Both the position numbers and the translations under genes were made by a program. A model generated the notes under the pieces. It saw nothing but the letters and a program-made list of their open reading frames with translations, did no database searches and was not told where the DNA came from. From Dicyema japonicum (taxonomy: Eukaryota > Animalia > Dicyemida), in assembly GCA_011109175.1 (NCBI GenBank), contig RDEW01000016.1, positions 174,049 through 238,048 of the forward strand: a DNA stretch of 64,000 nt. Reading direction: 5' to 3'. Shown here one piece after another: positions 1-12,194 of the stretch (position 1 is its first letter; every line of letters starts with the position of its first letter).

Positions 1-1479
1 TCACGAACTTGTCTCTAAGACTTAAATTCGTACTCCAACAGTAATTCGTCCCCGAGAACTTGATCCACGGTCGACCACAGCGACTGGGAGTCGTGGGAAC
101 TTATCGTCGAGTAATTGTGTATGGGAGTGATCAAGGCGACGAACAGGGAAGAGAAAAAGGCGAACACAATAAATGTAATTTTCTCGGGGGAGTTGTTGCT
201 TCGTAGAACGATGATATTCCCAATTTCGTTGACAGTCAAATACTCCTTGGTTAGGACCCCATTTTCCTTGATTATACACCCAACTAAAGGTTAAATGACC
301 ACGTGCCTCTTTCAACTGACTTTTGACCCGCCTAAATCGTTAGTTTCAATAAAAATACCGCCTCATCCAGATTTCTGTAGTTAACTGAGGACTGCTTGAA
401 CTCCTTCTCGTTAGAATCTCCCTCATTGTTGTACTCCTCTGTGATACACTCAGACTCCGATTCACCAGTTTCAATCTCCGACACCATCAATTCATTTTTA
501 AGGTTCAAGGACTTATCCTACGGGACTGAAAGGTCGATAAACCACCCTCATGGCAAAATCACGGATATTATCATTGCTGGTATTCGGACTAATCCGGTTA
601 TATTCGGTTTCTTCGGAAGATCTACAGATAGTCCAGTACTCTATACCCGATTAGATACTCCTCGATATTCGCGGTAGGTACCTCTTGTTTCTTGCCTCGA
701 TCAGCTGTTTTTCGAGACCCTCTACCGGAATCACAAGATTCTAAGAGTGAGCAAACTCCCCTACTGTTGATATCCTCGGTTTTTGTAGTACTACGGATAA
801 CTCGCAGTAAAGCTAACCTTTGATTAAACACATGTGAGACGATAATCGACAGCGCCAAAAAGATGGTCCACGACAGAATGATGGGCTCAATTTTCCTGAC
901 CTGCAATAAAGCGATCAACACACCTCCTCCGTCCAACTGTCGCTCCATAATAGTGACTTCAATATCGTAATAAGGTTGACGGTATAAAATATAATCAATA
1001 ACACGTAGTGACGGAAGCCAATCTGGCTAATCCACCATTCGCTATTATTAAAGGGGAATAGGCCGTTCAGGATTCCCCTCATACAATTTTTCGAAAAAGG
1101 CTCTCTGGCTTTGCTCTTAGACAACGTCGCTCCTTTAAAGTAGAAGAGAGTTACAAACCAGTGATGAGGTCAACGTCGATCATTTGCTTTTTGATTGTAT
1201 TCTTCACAATATCATCCAAGATTCTCTTGGAATAAGGATGACTCAATTTCTAGGAAGAATTAGTAAAATGGGGTACTTCTGTGACCCCCTTCTCAACAGT
1301 TTGTTCCCATAGTTCTCTGTCATACCTCCTCATCTATTTAAATAAAAAAAATTATTATTTTTAAATATTAATAAACCAAAATCTATAAAGAGCACGTGTG
1401 TAGTTAGCAGTTCATTAATTATGCTAACCTCCTTGTCGAACCACATTCGTGTATTTTGAATGATCTTTGAAAATACCAT
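1..1479 (-). CDS. PHTF: PHTF-family (putative homeodomain transcription factor) membrane protein, multi-exon, 3' end runs off the window
   Basis: Manual splicing gives MVFSKIIQNTRMWFDKE|MRRYDRELWEQTVEKGVTE|...MIDVDLITG|ATLSKSKAREPF...EWWISQIG...VGCIIKENG...LTVNEIGNII. This matches the PHTF motifs W..K...YD..IWE, DLIDVDL.RG.AF.KAK and W.GN...SV.EISG. ATG at 1479; most introns are 19-41 nt. Confidence 0.85.
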
Positions 1480-1559
1480 GCTTTGGGGGAACTAATGGTA
1501 ACATGAGGCCGTACCTTTTAATTATTCAGCACTCCAACGAAGGGCAGGTTATTTAAATA

Positions 1560-2908
1560 ATATCATACCGTAGATATTCCCAATTTCTTGACTACGATTA
1601 AATAATATAACCGCAAATAAATAGGCATTGAATCTTCAACGATCGCAGCCGAATCCCAGGGGATTGTGACCTAATTTCTTTTCTTCCACTATCCATCGGA
1701 TCGTCGAAAGCAGAAGGAGAGACGGCCGTAAAGAGGATTGAGAGTGCATTACCATACAAAGGGAATGTCTCCTCAAGGGTGTTGCTGGTAGCACTATGAT
1801 TTCATCGGTTTTTCCAGATATTACTCTTGGTTTCCGAAAATGGCTCCTCTGATTATATTTTCACTAAGAACAGATTATAAGATAATCCGATTAATTTTGA
1901 TTGATAGTTCGTGGTTTTGAGGTGATAATTTATATGCTGTTACTATAGGCAACAGTATTTACAGTGGATTTACAATTTGGTGGTTCACTACTAGGAACAC
2001 CCAAGAGTCACTTCAGTCGATAACTTGTTGAGTTAGGTACGGGCAGGCTGGAAACCACAATTGCATTTTTGGGACCACCAAATTCCTAGAATTAATGCAC
2101 CGAGATAAATTTAAGATTTTCCAAGTGTACTTACGTGGGATAGCCTTGTCCATTCGTAGGTAATAAAGAAGACTTTGGAGACCATGATTGGTTCCTAGAT
2201 AAATGAATTGTTCTACGGAATGACTCAACGAAGACAAACCGTTGTTCTACCAGCTTAATTACAAAAAAATCCATGAGAAGAGTTTGACCGAAGTTCACAG
2301 AGATCCTTTGAATTCTTACAATTTTTGGCTGGATGAGATTCCAGAAAGGATGCATCGGACACTTCCTTAGGAGGTAGACATTTAGTACAATAAGTACGTC
2401 ACCAACTCAAACTTTACGCCAATTACCCATTTGATAGTTCATCATATGACGAAATGACTGATGCCTGAGAGAATTCCCAAGTTAGATGTCCTCATGACGT
2501 ATATGATGAGTAGCCATTAATTCTCTATTGAGTAGTAAACACTGATGTTTCCCATCAGTCATAATCTAGGCACAAGAGTAACTACAACAGTCTCGCTTAA
2601 TCATACAAGTCTTGGAGTGTACTCTGCAGCATGTACCATAATCACTACCAAACCAACTATATGATAGGTGCTCGTAGGGAGAGAGGTCAGATCTCCCGCT
2701 GTAGTAGAAGAGAGTTTTCTTTACCTGCAGATGACTGATCCTTGGTAATGTCACATCTCAGTTTAACGCTGATTGATCTCTGGTAGTGCCAGTATTCGGC
2801 AGTTGTGTTTCTTTTAGCAACCGATTTCCCCCTTTGAATAGACAAAAATGAGTGTAAATCACAGAAATCAAAATACAGTAAGAAAATCAAGATTTTTTGC
2901 AGTAGCAT
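1560..2908 (-). CDS. Possible unidentified multi-exon gene or pseudogene with a hydrophobic N-terminus
   Basis: ATG at 2908 is followed by a hydrophobic stretch (MLLQKILIFLLYFDF). There are clear short GT-AG intron-like segments (gtaaagaaaactctcttctactacag; gtaagtac...ttctag). I could not build one stop-free model and recognised no family. Confidence 0.3.
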
Positions 2909-3174
2909 TAAAGAGCACAACTTAAAATTAAAAAAAATATAATTATATTTAAATAAATTACAAGAGTGGTAATCTCGAGAAGATGAGGAGCTTAAAAAGC
3001 TGACTTTAAAGGGTGTTATGACTACTCAATCATTTTTCGCTGCTCAAGGATTTATCTTTTGAGACAATGGTTCTTAACCTATTTTCCAACCTCCCAATTA
3101 AAATTTCATCGCCCATGAGTAAATTTAACTTTTTTAGAATTTTATTAAATTAATAACTAATTTTATTTAAAAAT

Positions 3175-3568
3175 TCAATAATCATTAACTAGTGTGATCC
3201 TTTCTAATTGTATAAACTCGTCAAACAAAATAACGCCAGGAGTCCCAAGTGCTCACGTGACTGTGCAGACACTCCATCGGGGCTAAGGCATGCGACTCTC
3301 GTAAGGAAAAGATTGTCTTCCATATTAGAATTATTCCAAATACCAATGGTAACTAACTCATTGATCCTTACTCGTTCCAGCGTTGCAGAGCTTGTCTCCA
3401 AGTAACGACATTGTCTCCCCGGGGAAAGAATAGTAGGATCCTCTTAATGCCGATTAGGAATTGTGCGTCTCCTCAGTAATGTGTATCCATTGACGTCATT
3501 TTCCCATCTGAGGTAAGGAAAATAATTTAGACCAACTAGCCACATAGCACCATATGACGCCACGTGGC
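3175..3568 (-). mobile_element. Short non-autonomous retroposon, copy A (GCCACGTGG head, GGATCAC tail)
   Basis: Shares head, TGACGTCA, CGGCAT..GATC and tail blocks with 13506-13800 and 58005-58327. Confidence 0.55.
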
Positions 3569-3999
3569 CAGAACATTAAAGGTATGGAAGTGTTCTTTTA
3601 TGGTAAGGTGTGTTTGATCCGTTTCGAAATCTTCCAAAAAGAGTTGGAAGAACTATTGTGGTCAAGGCATCTAATTATATGGGTATATTGTAGTATTCAC
3701 CGTGAAATGAAGATGCTCCTTATAGAGTCAATAGTCTCATCATGACTGTTTGATCATATTCCTTTTCCTTATGAGAGTAAGCGTGTGAAGCAAAGCTTGG
3801 GATTAAAGGGATAATGTTAAGGTCATTCTGTATAAATGTGATGAAACCTGTACACCATTTATATTCAATTCATTCCCCCATCGTTTTTTAAATGAATTAT
3901 TCTATCCGTTAGAAGAGTACACCAGTCCCATTCATTTGGCTAACCAGGATATTATTTAAATTTAGGATCTTTTTCAAAATTATTTAAATTATTAACCCC

Positions 4000-4540
4000 G
4001 AAATTACGAAAAAAGGAGAAAAGTTATCGTCTAATTAAGTGATTCCGGTGTCTATACCAGTCCTTTTCCGTTCGGTTAGTTTTGAAGTCTTGGATTAATC
4101 TCCACTTCTCATATCTCGGGCAGGCGTCCATATATAGTCTGATGTGCGGTCCGAGGGGATAGTCAAGGGACTTTGGCATCTTGAGGAAGTTCTGGTGACG
4201 CTACGTAAGGTATTCTATGATTGGTGGACGTTTAGTGTTTTCCGCAGTAACGAGATGGACGTCTTTTTCGACAATCTCAATAGAATCCAGAGACATCAAT
4301 TTTGTGAAACTTCCAGCTTGCTCTGTGCCGATATTGACAAGGAAGCAATCCATGCAGAACAGGCGTAGTCGATACTAGGTTGAACAAATTGTTTGTATGG
4401 AAGCTCCAACGATAGACTGGAAGATACTGGAAAGTGAGTGAAAGCCTTGAGAATTCCAATTTTCTTTTGGATCCTTACGGTCACTAGGTCCACTTGATGA
4501 GTAGGGGATCCAGGATGACTCCAAGGATTGAAAGGGTCTT
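4000..4540 (-). mobile_element. 5'-truncated Jockey/I-like LINE 3' end
   Basis: Minus-strand translation KKIGILKAF...PSIDYACSAW...KLEVSQN matches the ORF at 12195-13001 and carries the same 3' tail. Confidence 0.85.
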
Positions 4541-4659
4541 CTTTATAATTTTCAAATAAAAAAATATTTATTTAAATTATAGTAAATTTGAATTAATTAA
4601 CAAAAATTTATATTCCCGGAAAAGAACCAATCACGTTAGTTTAAATGTTATATTTTATT

Positions 4660-5002
4660 TATTTAACCCAAGACCACGGTAAAACCAAACTAATTATCAC
4701 ATGATCCCGATGCATTCTAACAGAGACCTCATCTTTGCCCGGTGTGTTTCCCTCGTGCCCGCGCATGAACGTACATGACGGCTGTTTGAATTTTCAGGGG
4801 CACCTTCCCGTGATCTGGAGTCTAGTCTCATAAGGGCCTCCAGAGGCGTAGGTTCGGTGATTTTCACAAACCCAATCTTCCGTACTCTGTAAGCCCTCTT
4901 TCCCATTTTTTCAATTTTCCTCATATTTGTCCAAGTATTAAACTCCGCAAAGGCCAAGTACATTCTTCCTGTCCTTAATGGCACTGCAGTCTGAAACAAC
5001 AT
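4660..5002 (-). mobile_element. Divergent LINE 3' remnant
   Basis: ORF 4697-5002 resembles a LINE C-terminus and ends in gggatcat...gtggtcttgggttaaataa, the shared tail. Confidence 0.5.
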
Positions 5003-5289
5003 TATTAATTACATATTCTATATGTCGGCGTGCTGTATTGTCTACTTTTGAACATATACAAGATATTATTTCTGAGACGTAAAGAATAATCAGGCATTGC
5101 TACAACATGTCTATACTAAATATGATATACGCCTCTGATTATCGAATAGATCAATGAGTGGAAATATCATTGTCTCAAATGCCTGTTAATTTAAAAATAT
5201 GATAAACAAGCTGTTTGGCTGTGGAATTGCTGACTTTTGGCACTTGGCAAAAGAGAAACCAACAACATTTCTCTAAACGATAGCGGGAT

Positions 5290-6050
5290 GTTGAAACCAG
5301 AAGCATTCTCTAGATTGATATTGGGAAGATCTTGGATATCTTAAAACTGTCGGCGACAGGGACTGTTGGATACCAAGAAAATGACCGGAATAGACGTATT
5401 ATACTAATGTTTTCTGTTATTACTTACACGAGGAACTGCGACAACGTGGGTCATTTTTTACAAAACCCAGAGGATAAAGCAATGATAGCATCCCGGGCGA
5501 GTTACTAAATCATACTCAGGTTATTGTTGGGAATATAATCACGGATATATTAAACGAGTAGATAAAACTTCACTGTTCACTTCCAATAGGACATGGAGTC
5601 TTAATTCCGATACACAAAGCTGGGAAAAGAAGGGATCGCTGGATGGATCAAGGTCAATTCCTCTACTGTAAACTATCAGGAAGACATTATCGATCATAGT
5701 GCTTAACCATATACGAGTGCCAGTGGAAAAATACCTTTCCTAAAGTCAAAGTGGGTTTAGAAGTGGAAGGTCTACCTCAGATTTCGTGTGGAGTCATCGA
5801 TGGCTTACATCAATATGTCAAAACTACAGGATAGTCATTTACATCCTAGGAATTGATCAAACGAAGGCTTTTGACAGCATCAATAGAGAATAACTCATGG
5901 GTATTCTCCAGGAACTTCTTGACGCGGACTGCCTGAGACTAAGTCTATTAACTGATCTATTCGTGAGAATAGGAACTAAGCATTCAAAGAGTTTCAGGAC
6001 CAACATGGGAACACCACAAGGTGAACGGAGAAGTCGGTAAGGAATACAAA
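5290..6050 (+). mobile_element. Degraded RTE LINE reverse-transcriptase fragment
   Basis: Fragments translate to QSGFRSGRSTSDFVWSHRW, GIDQTKAFDSINRE and GT-PQG, matching the RT of 49071-50315; many stops. Confidence 0.85.
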
Positions 6051-6325
6051 AAGTCATAGTACAATGGAGGTGTCATCACCACCTCAACCAAAAAATATAC
6101 GAGTGAACACAAGAATTTAAAATTATAATAATTTTATTAAATAAACTGTTTGAATAAATTAATAAAATTATAAAAATAATGTCACAGTCCATACATGCGA
6201 GATTTATCACAAAATACAAGAAAAAATTTTTCTTAGTAAAACTTTCATTGGAAAAAATTATCAATAATATTAAAATTACATATAGTACATATTTTTATTT
6301 AAAATATTAATTATAAAACATTATC

Positions 6326-8541
6326 TTTTTTGGTTGAGGTGGTGACGTCCTTTTTGAAAAGTATGTCTTAAAAACACGAAAATTGCAACCTAAATGACTT
6401 CTCTCTTTTAACGTTCAAGTCAGAGGACTCTCTAGTGTATGGAAAAGAAAAGAACTTTGTAAAGATCTTTCAAAATACAAGATATCAATCGGATATCGAA
6501 GGAGTTTGAAGAACAACACGGAAAGTTTCAGTTAATCTTCCTCTCTGGGAGATTAAAACATTACGGAATTGGATTTGCTGTAAGAAAGCACCGCATTTAT
6601 TGGAAGACATGGAAGGGGAAAATGGAACATTGCAGGAACCTTGTAAGCTAGCTTTTGTCAAGCAAATAACCTATTCATTTGTATCACGGCCTTTATGCAC
6701 TCAGCAAGACACAGGACAACTTGGTCAGGCAATAAAACTAAGTCTGACGGAAGCATTGCGAAAATCTACAATCAAATAGACTACATTATTTGCAGACAAA
6801 AAGACCGCAGTATTGTCACTGGTGCCCGTGCTTATGGAGGGTCTATAATTGACAGCGATCACAAAATGGTTATTGTCAAAATGTCCTAAAGAAACTTATG
6901 GGTTTGCAAGGGATGAAAAGAAAGTGCAATGGACACACGGAACTGCGGGGGAAGGGATACGTCATAGACCATTTAATGAAGAATACTATCCAGGGAGAGG
7001 AATTCAAAAAATATCTGGATGAGGGATTGGAAGAAATATCAGTAGATTTAGCACCGCAAATTGCGCGGACTTTGGTCAAACAGAAGATCATGATTGCTGG
7101 GGCTACAAAAGGAAAGAACAGTCATTAACCTGAAAGAGGACTACGCAGCTAATACACCCACTGAAGACGTAACCGCTTTGAAACTCCTTGCTAATTAACA
7201 AAAGGCGACATGGATGCAATGTCTAAATACAGATGACAAAAATACGAAACATCGGCTGGCTATATAATGAAAGAACAGTCATCAAAAATAAAATGAGAAA
7301 AGCTGCACGTCGGATATTAAAGAACAAAAATAGAGAAAATCGAAGGCCCTAAGACAATGCGAAGTTTCATGAAGCCCTCGGACAAATCAGAAAACTACCA
7401 AGGAAAACACTGACTTTACGGGTTAAGAAGGAAATCATATTGCTAACTAACAAGAAATTGCAGAACTTTTAGCGGATTATTTTGAAGCACAATTCGTATC
7501 AAAAAATAGCAAAAAACTCACAATTAACACGGATCAGGGAAAATTAGACGAAGAAATAACTTTGGAAGAAGTGATGACAGCAAGTTTCAAACTGAAGGAT
7601 AATAAGAATCCCGGCCCAGATGGCATAAATGGTGAATTTTTATATATGGAACTCAAAAACTATACAAGATAATTGCCTGGATTTTAAACGAAACGTACAG
7701 TAAAGGAGCCACCTTGCCACTTGGAGAAGGACTTTTGATATCAGTACAGAAGCCAAACAAAAAATCGGGGAAAGTTTAGAACCTAAGACTAGTGGTCTTA
7801 ACCAACACATTACGGAAGATACTAGCCAATATTACGCGTCAAAGAATGGAGGGACGCCTAGACTCGTACCTGTCGGCTTATCAAAGTGGCTTCCGCAAAG
7901 AGAGATCAACGTCAGAAGTTATCTGGACCCACAAATGGAGAAGTGCGACTGTTCAAAAATTTTAAATAACGACAACCATTCTGGGGATTGACATGTCAAA
8001 GGCCTTTGATTCCGTCAACAGAAACAAGCTGCTGCAAATACTGGAGCACTTCTTGGAGGGCTCAACGATTAGGATGGTCAGACACTCTTGACAAACACGA
8101 GTTTGATGGTCAGGACTGGGAAAGCTTTATCGAGGACATTTGAATCGACAATTGGTACCCCTTAAGGAGATCCATTATCCCCGATACAAGAGAACAGGAA
8201 CTGAGCCAATATCATGTGATATCACTGATTCAAGATGGAGGCTCTTTGGACACATACTCCGCCACGATATGGAGACCACTGCCAACATACCAATGAAGGA
8301 GTATCTTGTCTTAGAAGCTTCTCATTTCAGCTGCCGGCCGAGAACAACACTGCCGATTATTTTAGATAAAGATCTCAAGATGATTGGAAAGTACCTTAAA
8401 GATGGGGATGATCTAGATACGCTACGGAACATGGCAACGGATCGAAAAAGATGGAGGCGACATAAATTAGATTGTTAACTTTTCGTGTTGCACATGCTTT
8501 GTCATGATCATAGCATCGCGTACGTGCCTATAATAATAATG
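6326..8541 (+). mobile_element. Degraded RTE LINE (APE endonuclease + RT)
   Basis: Has the 5' leader ttttttggttgaggtggtgac, QIDYIICR...DSDHKMV (APE), GIDMSKAFDSVNR and RWRLFGHILR...RPRTTLP, and ends in a (TAA)n tail. Confidence 0.9.
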
Positions 8542-8544
8542 TAT

Positions 8545-10545
8545 CTAGTGAACCTAACACGCGATACTTTGGAAAAAATGAGGATCTATTGTGCTACTGA
8601 TAAGATCAATAATTGCCCTGACTGTAGAAAACGGGCAAAAATAAAGAAAGATGTGCCGAACAAATCATTTTCAAAGATCTGAAACCCTACATTATAAAAA
8701 ATGGTATAGAACTGAAATACTTTTGTCTGGAAGAAGCAGAACTTAAAGAAGTTTTACATCATCCAATTTATATTAGGCTCAACACAANCACCTTGGAAAA
8801 AAATGATGATCTATTGTGCTACTAATAAGATCAATAATTGCCTTGTCTGTAGAGAACGTACAAAGATTAAAGATGTGCCGAACAATTCATTTTCAAAGAT
8901 TTGAAACTTTACATTATAAAAAATGGTATAGAACTGAGATACTTTTGTCTGGAAGAAGGAGAACTTAAAGAAGTTTTACATCATCCAATTTATATTAGCC
9001 TCAACACAATCTTAATCACTTTGGACGAGATAGCTTATATAGCTTATTACCACTTAACTCTTATAGTGCTACACGTAGAGAAGTTTGTAGTGTGGTCTCT
9101 AAATGTGTTTACTGTCAGGTATCATATATAGTAATTCTAGTCAAAACGACTGCTTGCAACTAAACCTGAAATTACGCCAATCATTGCTTATGCTCCAAGA
9201 GATCGATACATTGTAGATCTTGTTGATTTACGTCGATATTCTTCTCAAAATGAAAACTATTCTTGGGTAATTAGTTTNNNNNNNNNNNNNNNNNNNNNNN
9301 ATGGTGCTACACGTCAGATGTTAGTACTGTGGTCTCTAAATGTGTTTATTGTCAGGTATCAAATATAGTAATTTTAGTCAAAACGACTGCTTGCAACTAA
9401 ACCTGAAATTACGCCAATCATTGCTTATGCTCCAAGAGATCGATACATTGTAGATCTTGTTGATTTACGTCGATATTCTTCTCAAAATGAAAACTATTCT
9501 TAGGTAATTAGTTTACAACATATTTATCAGATTATGGTTCTTATAGACTCATTTTCTACATTTGCTGTTGTTGAAAGTGCTTTCACGAAATCTGGAATTG
9601 AGATATCCAGAATTCTAAAAAATATTTTTTTTCTTATTGGACGCCAATTATCCTACATACGGATAATGTCAAGGAATTCAAAAATTAGCACATGCAAGAG
9701 TTATGCGATAAATTTGCCATNTGTAGATCTTGTTGATTTACGTCGATGTTCTTCTCAAAATGAAAACTATTCTTGGGTAATTAGTTTACAACATATTTAT
9801 CAGATTATGGTTCTTATAGACTCATTTTCTACATTTGCTGTTGTTGAAAGTGCTTTCACGAAATCTGGAATTGAGATATCTAGAATTCTAAAAAATAGTT
9901 TTTTTCTTATTGGACCGCCTATAATCCTACATACGATGGCAAAGAATTCAGAAATCAGCACATGCAAGAGTTATGCGATAAATTTGCCATTTCGCATGTT
10001 ACAGGACGTACACGAGCTCCTTGGATTCAAGGACAGTAGAGCGGTTTTTGTTTTTTTATCTCATTAGATTTAACCAATAAATTAAAAAATGGGTTTCTTC
10101 CACGAGTTCATCCAAGGGAAATTTCGGAAGTTATATTGACTTCATAAAAGACATTGTATGGGATTATAATAGATCAAACCATCATATAACAAGACAGCGG
10201 CCTTTAGAGATTTTCTACAGCGTCAATCTGGAGAAAAAATACGATCAGGAAAAAATGGAAAAAATAGAAGAAAAACGAAAAATTGCTCTTGAAAATCTAA
10301 TAAAGTCAGGTGAAAAGATGAAAAACGCCGAAGATGGAAATAGGATGAATTTAGGAGACGAAATTCAATTACGTCATGATGGGGATGCCAATGAAGGTAA
10401 TTCGCACCACCCATTATATGACGAAGGTTCTACAAAAAAGTACCAAGTTGTCAGTAAGAAAGGAGAACTGTCAACTATTGTTGACCAAAACGAAGAAAAT
10501 AATGAATATAACACAGTTCGCATTAGTCGATCTAAAAAATTGTGA
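8545..10545 (+). mobile_element. Ginger2/TDD-like DDE integrase transposon remnant, partly present as overlapping duplicated segments around Ns
   Basis: YAPRDRYIVDLVDL...WVI...IDSFSTFA...IF.LIGPP.ILHT.N..EF is an rve-type integrase core similar to KRBA2/SCAND3-type integrases. Confidence 0.75.
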
Positions 10546-10612
10546 CCTTTGAAATTTTTCAAGATGTGTGTTTTTTTTAAATTGGATCACTTTTATGATT
10601 ACTAACATTACC

Positions 10613-10700
10613 TGGGTTAGGGTTAGAGTTAGGGTTAAAGAATAGGGTTAGCGTTTAGGGTTAGAGTTAGGGTTTAGTGTTAGAGTAAAGGTTAGGGTTG
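10613..10700 (+). repeat. Degenerate interstitial telomere-like (TTAGGG/TTAGAG)n array
   Basis: gggttagggttagagttagggttaaagaatagggttagcgtttagggttagagttagggtttagtgttagagtaaaggttagggtt. Confidence 0.75.
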
Positions 10701-10859
10701 ATTTATAATAGTTTAGCTTGACAGATTGTAATTTTAAATATTTATTTTAAAAATTTAAACAAATTGAATAAGTTTTAGAGCTAACTTAGTATGGCTAACC
10801 ATTTTTACGTAATTTTATAATAAAATATTAAATCGATACATAATTGTTTAGAAAGTCAT

Positions 10860-11101
10860 GTCATGTTGGTTTTCAAGTAATTCCTATAATCACAACTAGT
10901 GGTATAAAACTTATAAATATTAGATATTTAATGAATATTTAATTAAAATAATTCCAAAAATGTGATTTTTATTAAAAATTAGTCATGTTGGTTTTCAAGT
11001 AATTCCTATAATCACAACTAGTGGTATAAAACTTATAAATTTTAGATATTTAATGAATATTTAATTAAAAGAATTCCAAAAATGTGATTTTTATTAAAAA
11101 T
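10860..11101. repeat. Tandem direct duplication, unit about 120 bp
   Basis: gtcatgttggttttcaagtaattcc...gatttttattaaaaatt occurs twice in succession, nearly identical. Confidence 0.85.
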
Positions 11102-11319
11102 TATGAATCTCCCATGTACGGCGTCTCGCATGTATGGACTGTGACAAATAATTTACTAAAATTCACCCAATTTACATGGTTTTCTGATCAAAATGGGGAA
11201 AAATCAATTTTAAGTGAATTCAGAAGAGGGACTAAAATCGTTGCTAGACGAGGACACATTAAATATGTTAAGTGTTCGATTTTCAAAGTCTGGGTTTGCC
11301 CAGTGCACTCTCGAATATT

Positions 11320-11960
11320 TATAACTCACATTGGCACTCCAGAAGGTAACTCACTATAACCAAATCTCTTGTTGTTCATCTGGAACCTGAGAGCTAACAA
11401 TTGTCTAACTTCTATCTAGGAATTAATATATGTGGATGACCTGGATTTTGTTTTTGAAGACATCATTGATATAAGAATTGCTTATATGTTCCTGAAGTGT
11501 TTGGAAAGTGGTTCCTTAAAATGAACGAACAAAAAACTGAGCTTATTACAATCAAACGGGAAGCAAATTTACCGATGAGATTAGGAGGTGAGCAAAAAAA
11601 GTCGGGCGTTTGCTGAACTTGGAAGACGTTTAACGAAGAAAGATATTGTCGACAATATCACTGAAGAGACTAAAATCGACATGAGAGATATGTGCATGTA
11701 ACAAAAAGAGGAAAAGTAGGACTTTCGTACAAACCATACTGCACTACAACTCGGGAACGTGGGGACTAACTAAGACATGATGTTTTCAAATACACAGCTT
11801 GCACATCGCAGTAACTGGATGTGATTATTACAAAGATCCGATGGGGATTATTGGGGCACATATTACGGATAAATCATACCGTACGTGCTTACGATATTAT
11901 TGAATCGAAACTCGGTTCTTTTTCAATACATGCTTCACGAAATAAGGCTCTAAATGAATT
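11320..11960 (+). mobile_element. Highly degraded RTE LINE RT fragment
   Basis: Contains GTPEGNSL, YVDDLDF and RWGLLGHILR remnants. Confidence 0.7.
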
Positions 11961-12194
11961 AATGAATTTTTTTTGCATATTAGATCAAAAAATAAAAAAA
12001 TGAACAATGCCGAATTTGTAAATATCATTATAAATTTTTTTAAATAAAATTTTGAATTTTTTACCGACTTGTGGGGATGAGTGATATAGTTGTTGTGCGA
12101 AAATATTCAAAACTGAAGGACTACGANTTTTTTTAAATAAAATTTTGAATTTTTACCGGCTTGTGGGGATGTGTGATACAGTTGTTATGCGAAA

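Noticed and set aside
1573-1587. 15-nt identity with the PHTF exon at 213-227
   Set aside because: Too short and AT-rich; no flanking similarity.
8560-9990. Apparent tandem triplication of integrase segments
   Set aside because: Each junction coincides with an N or N-run (8789, 9278-9300, 9721), typical of overlapping contig ends or alleles joined by scaffolding.
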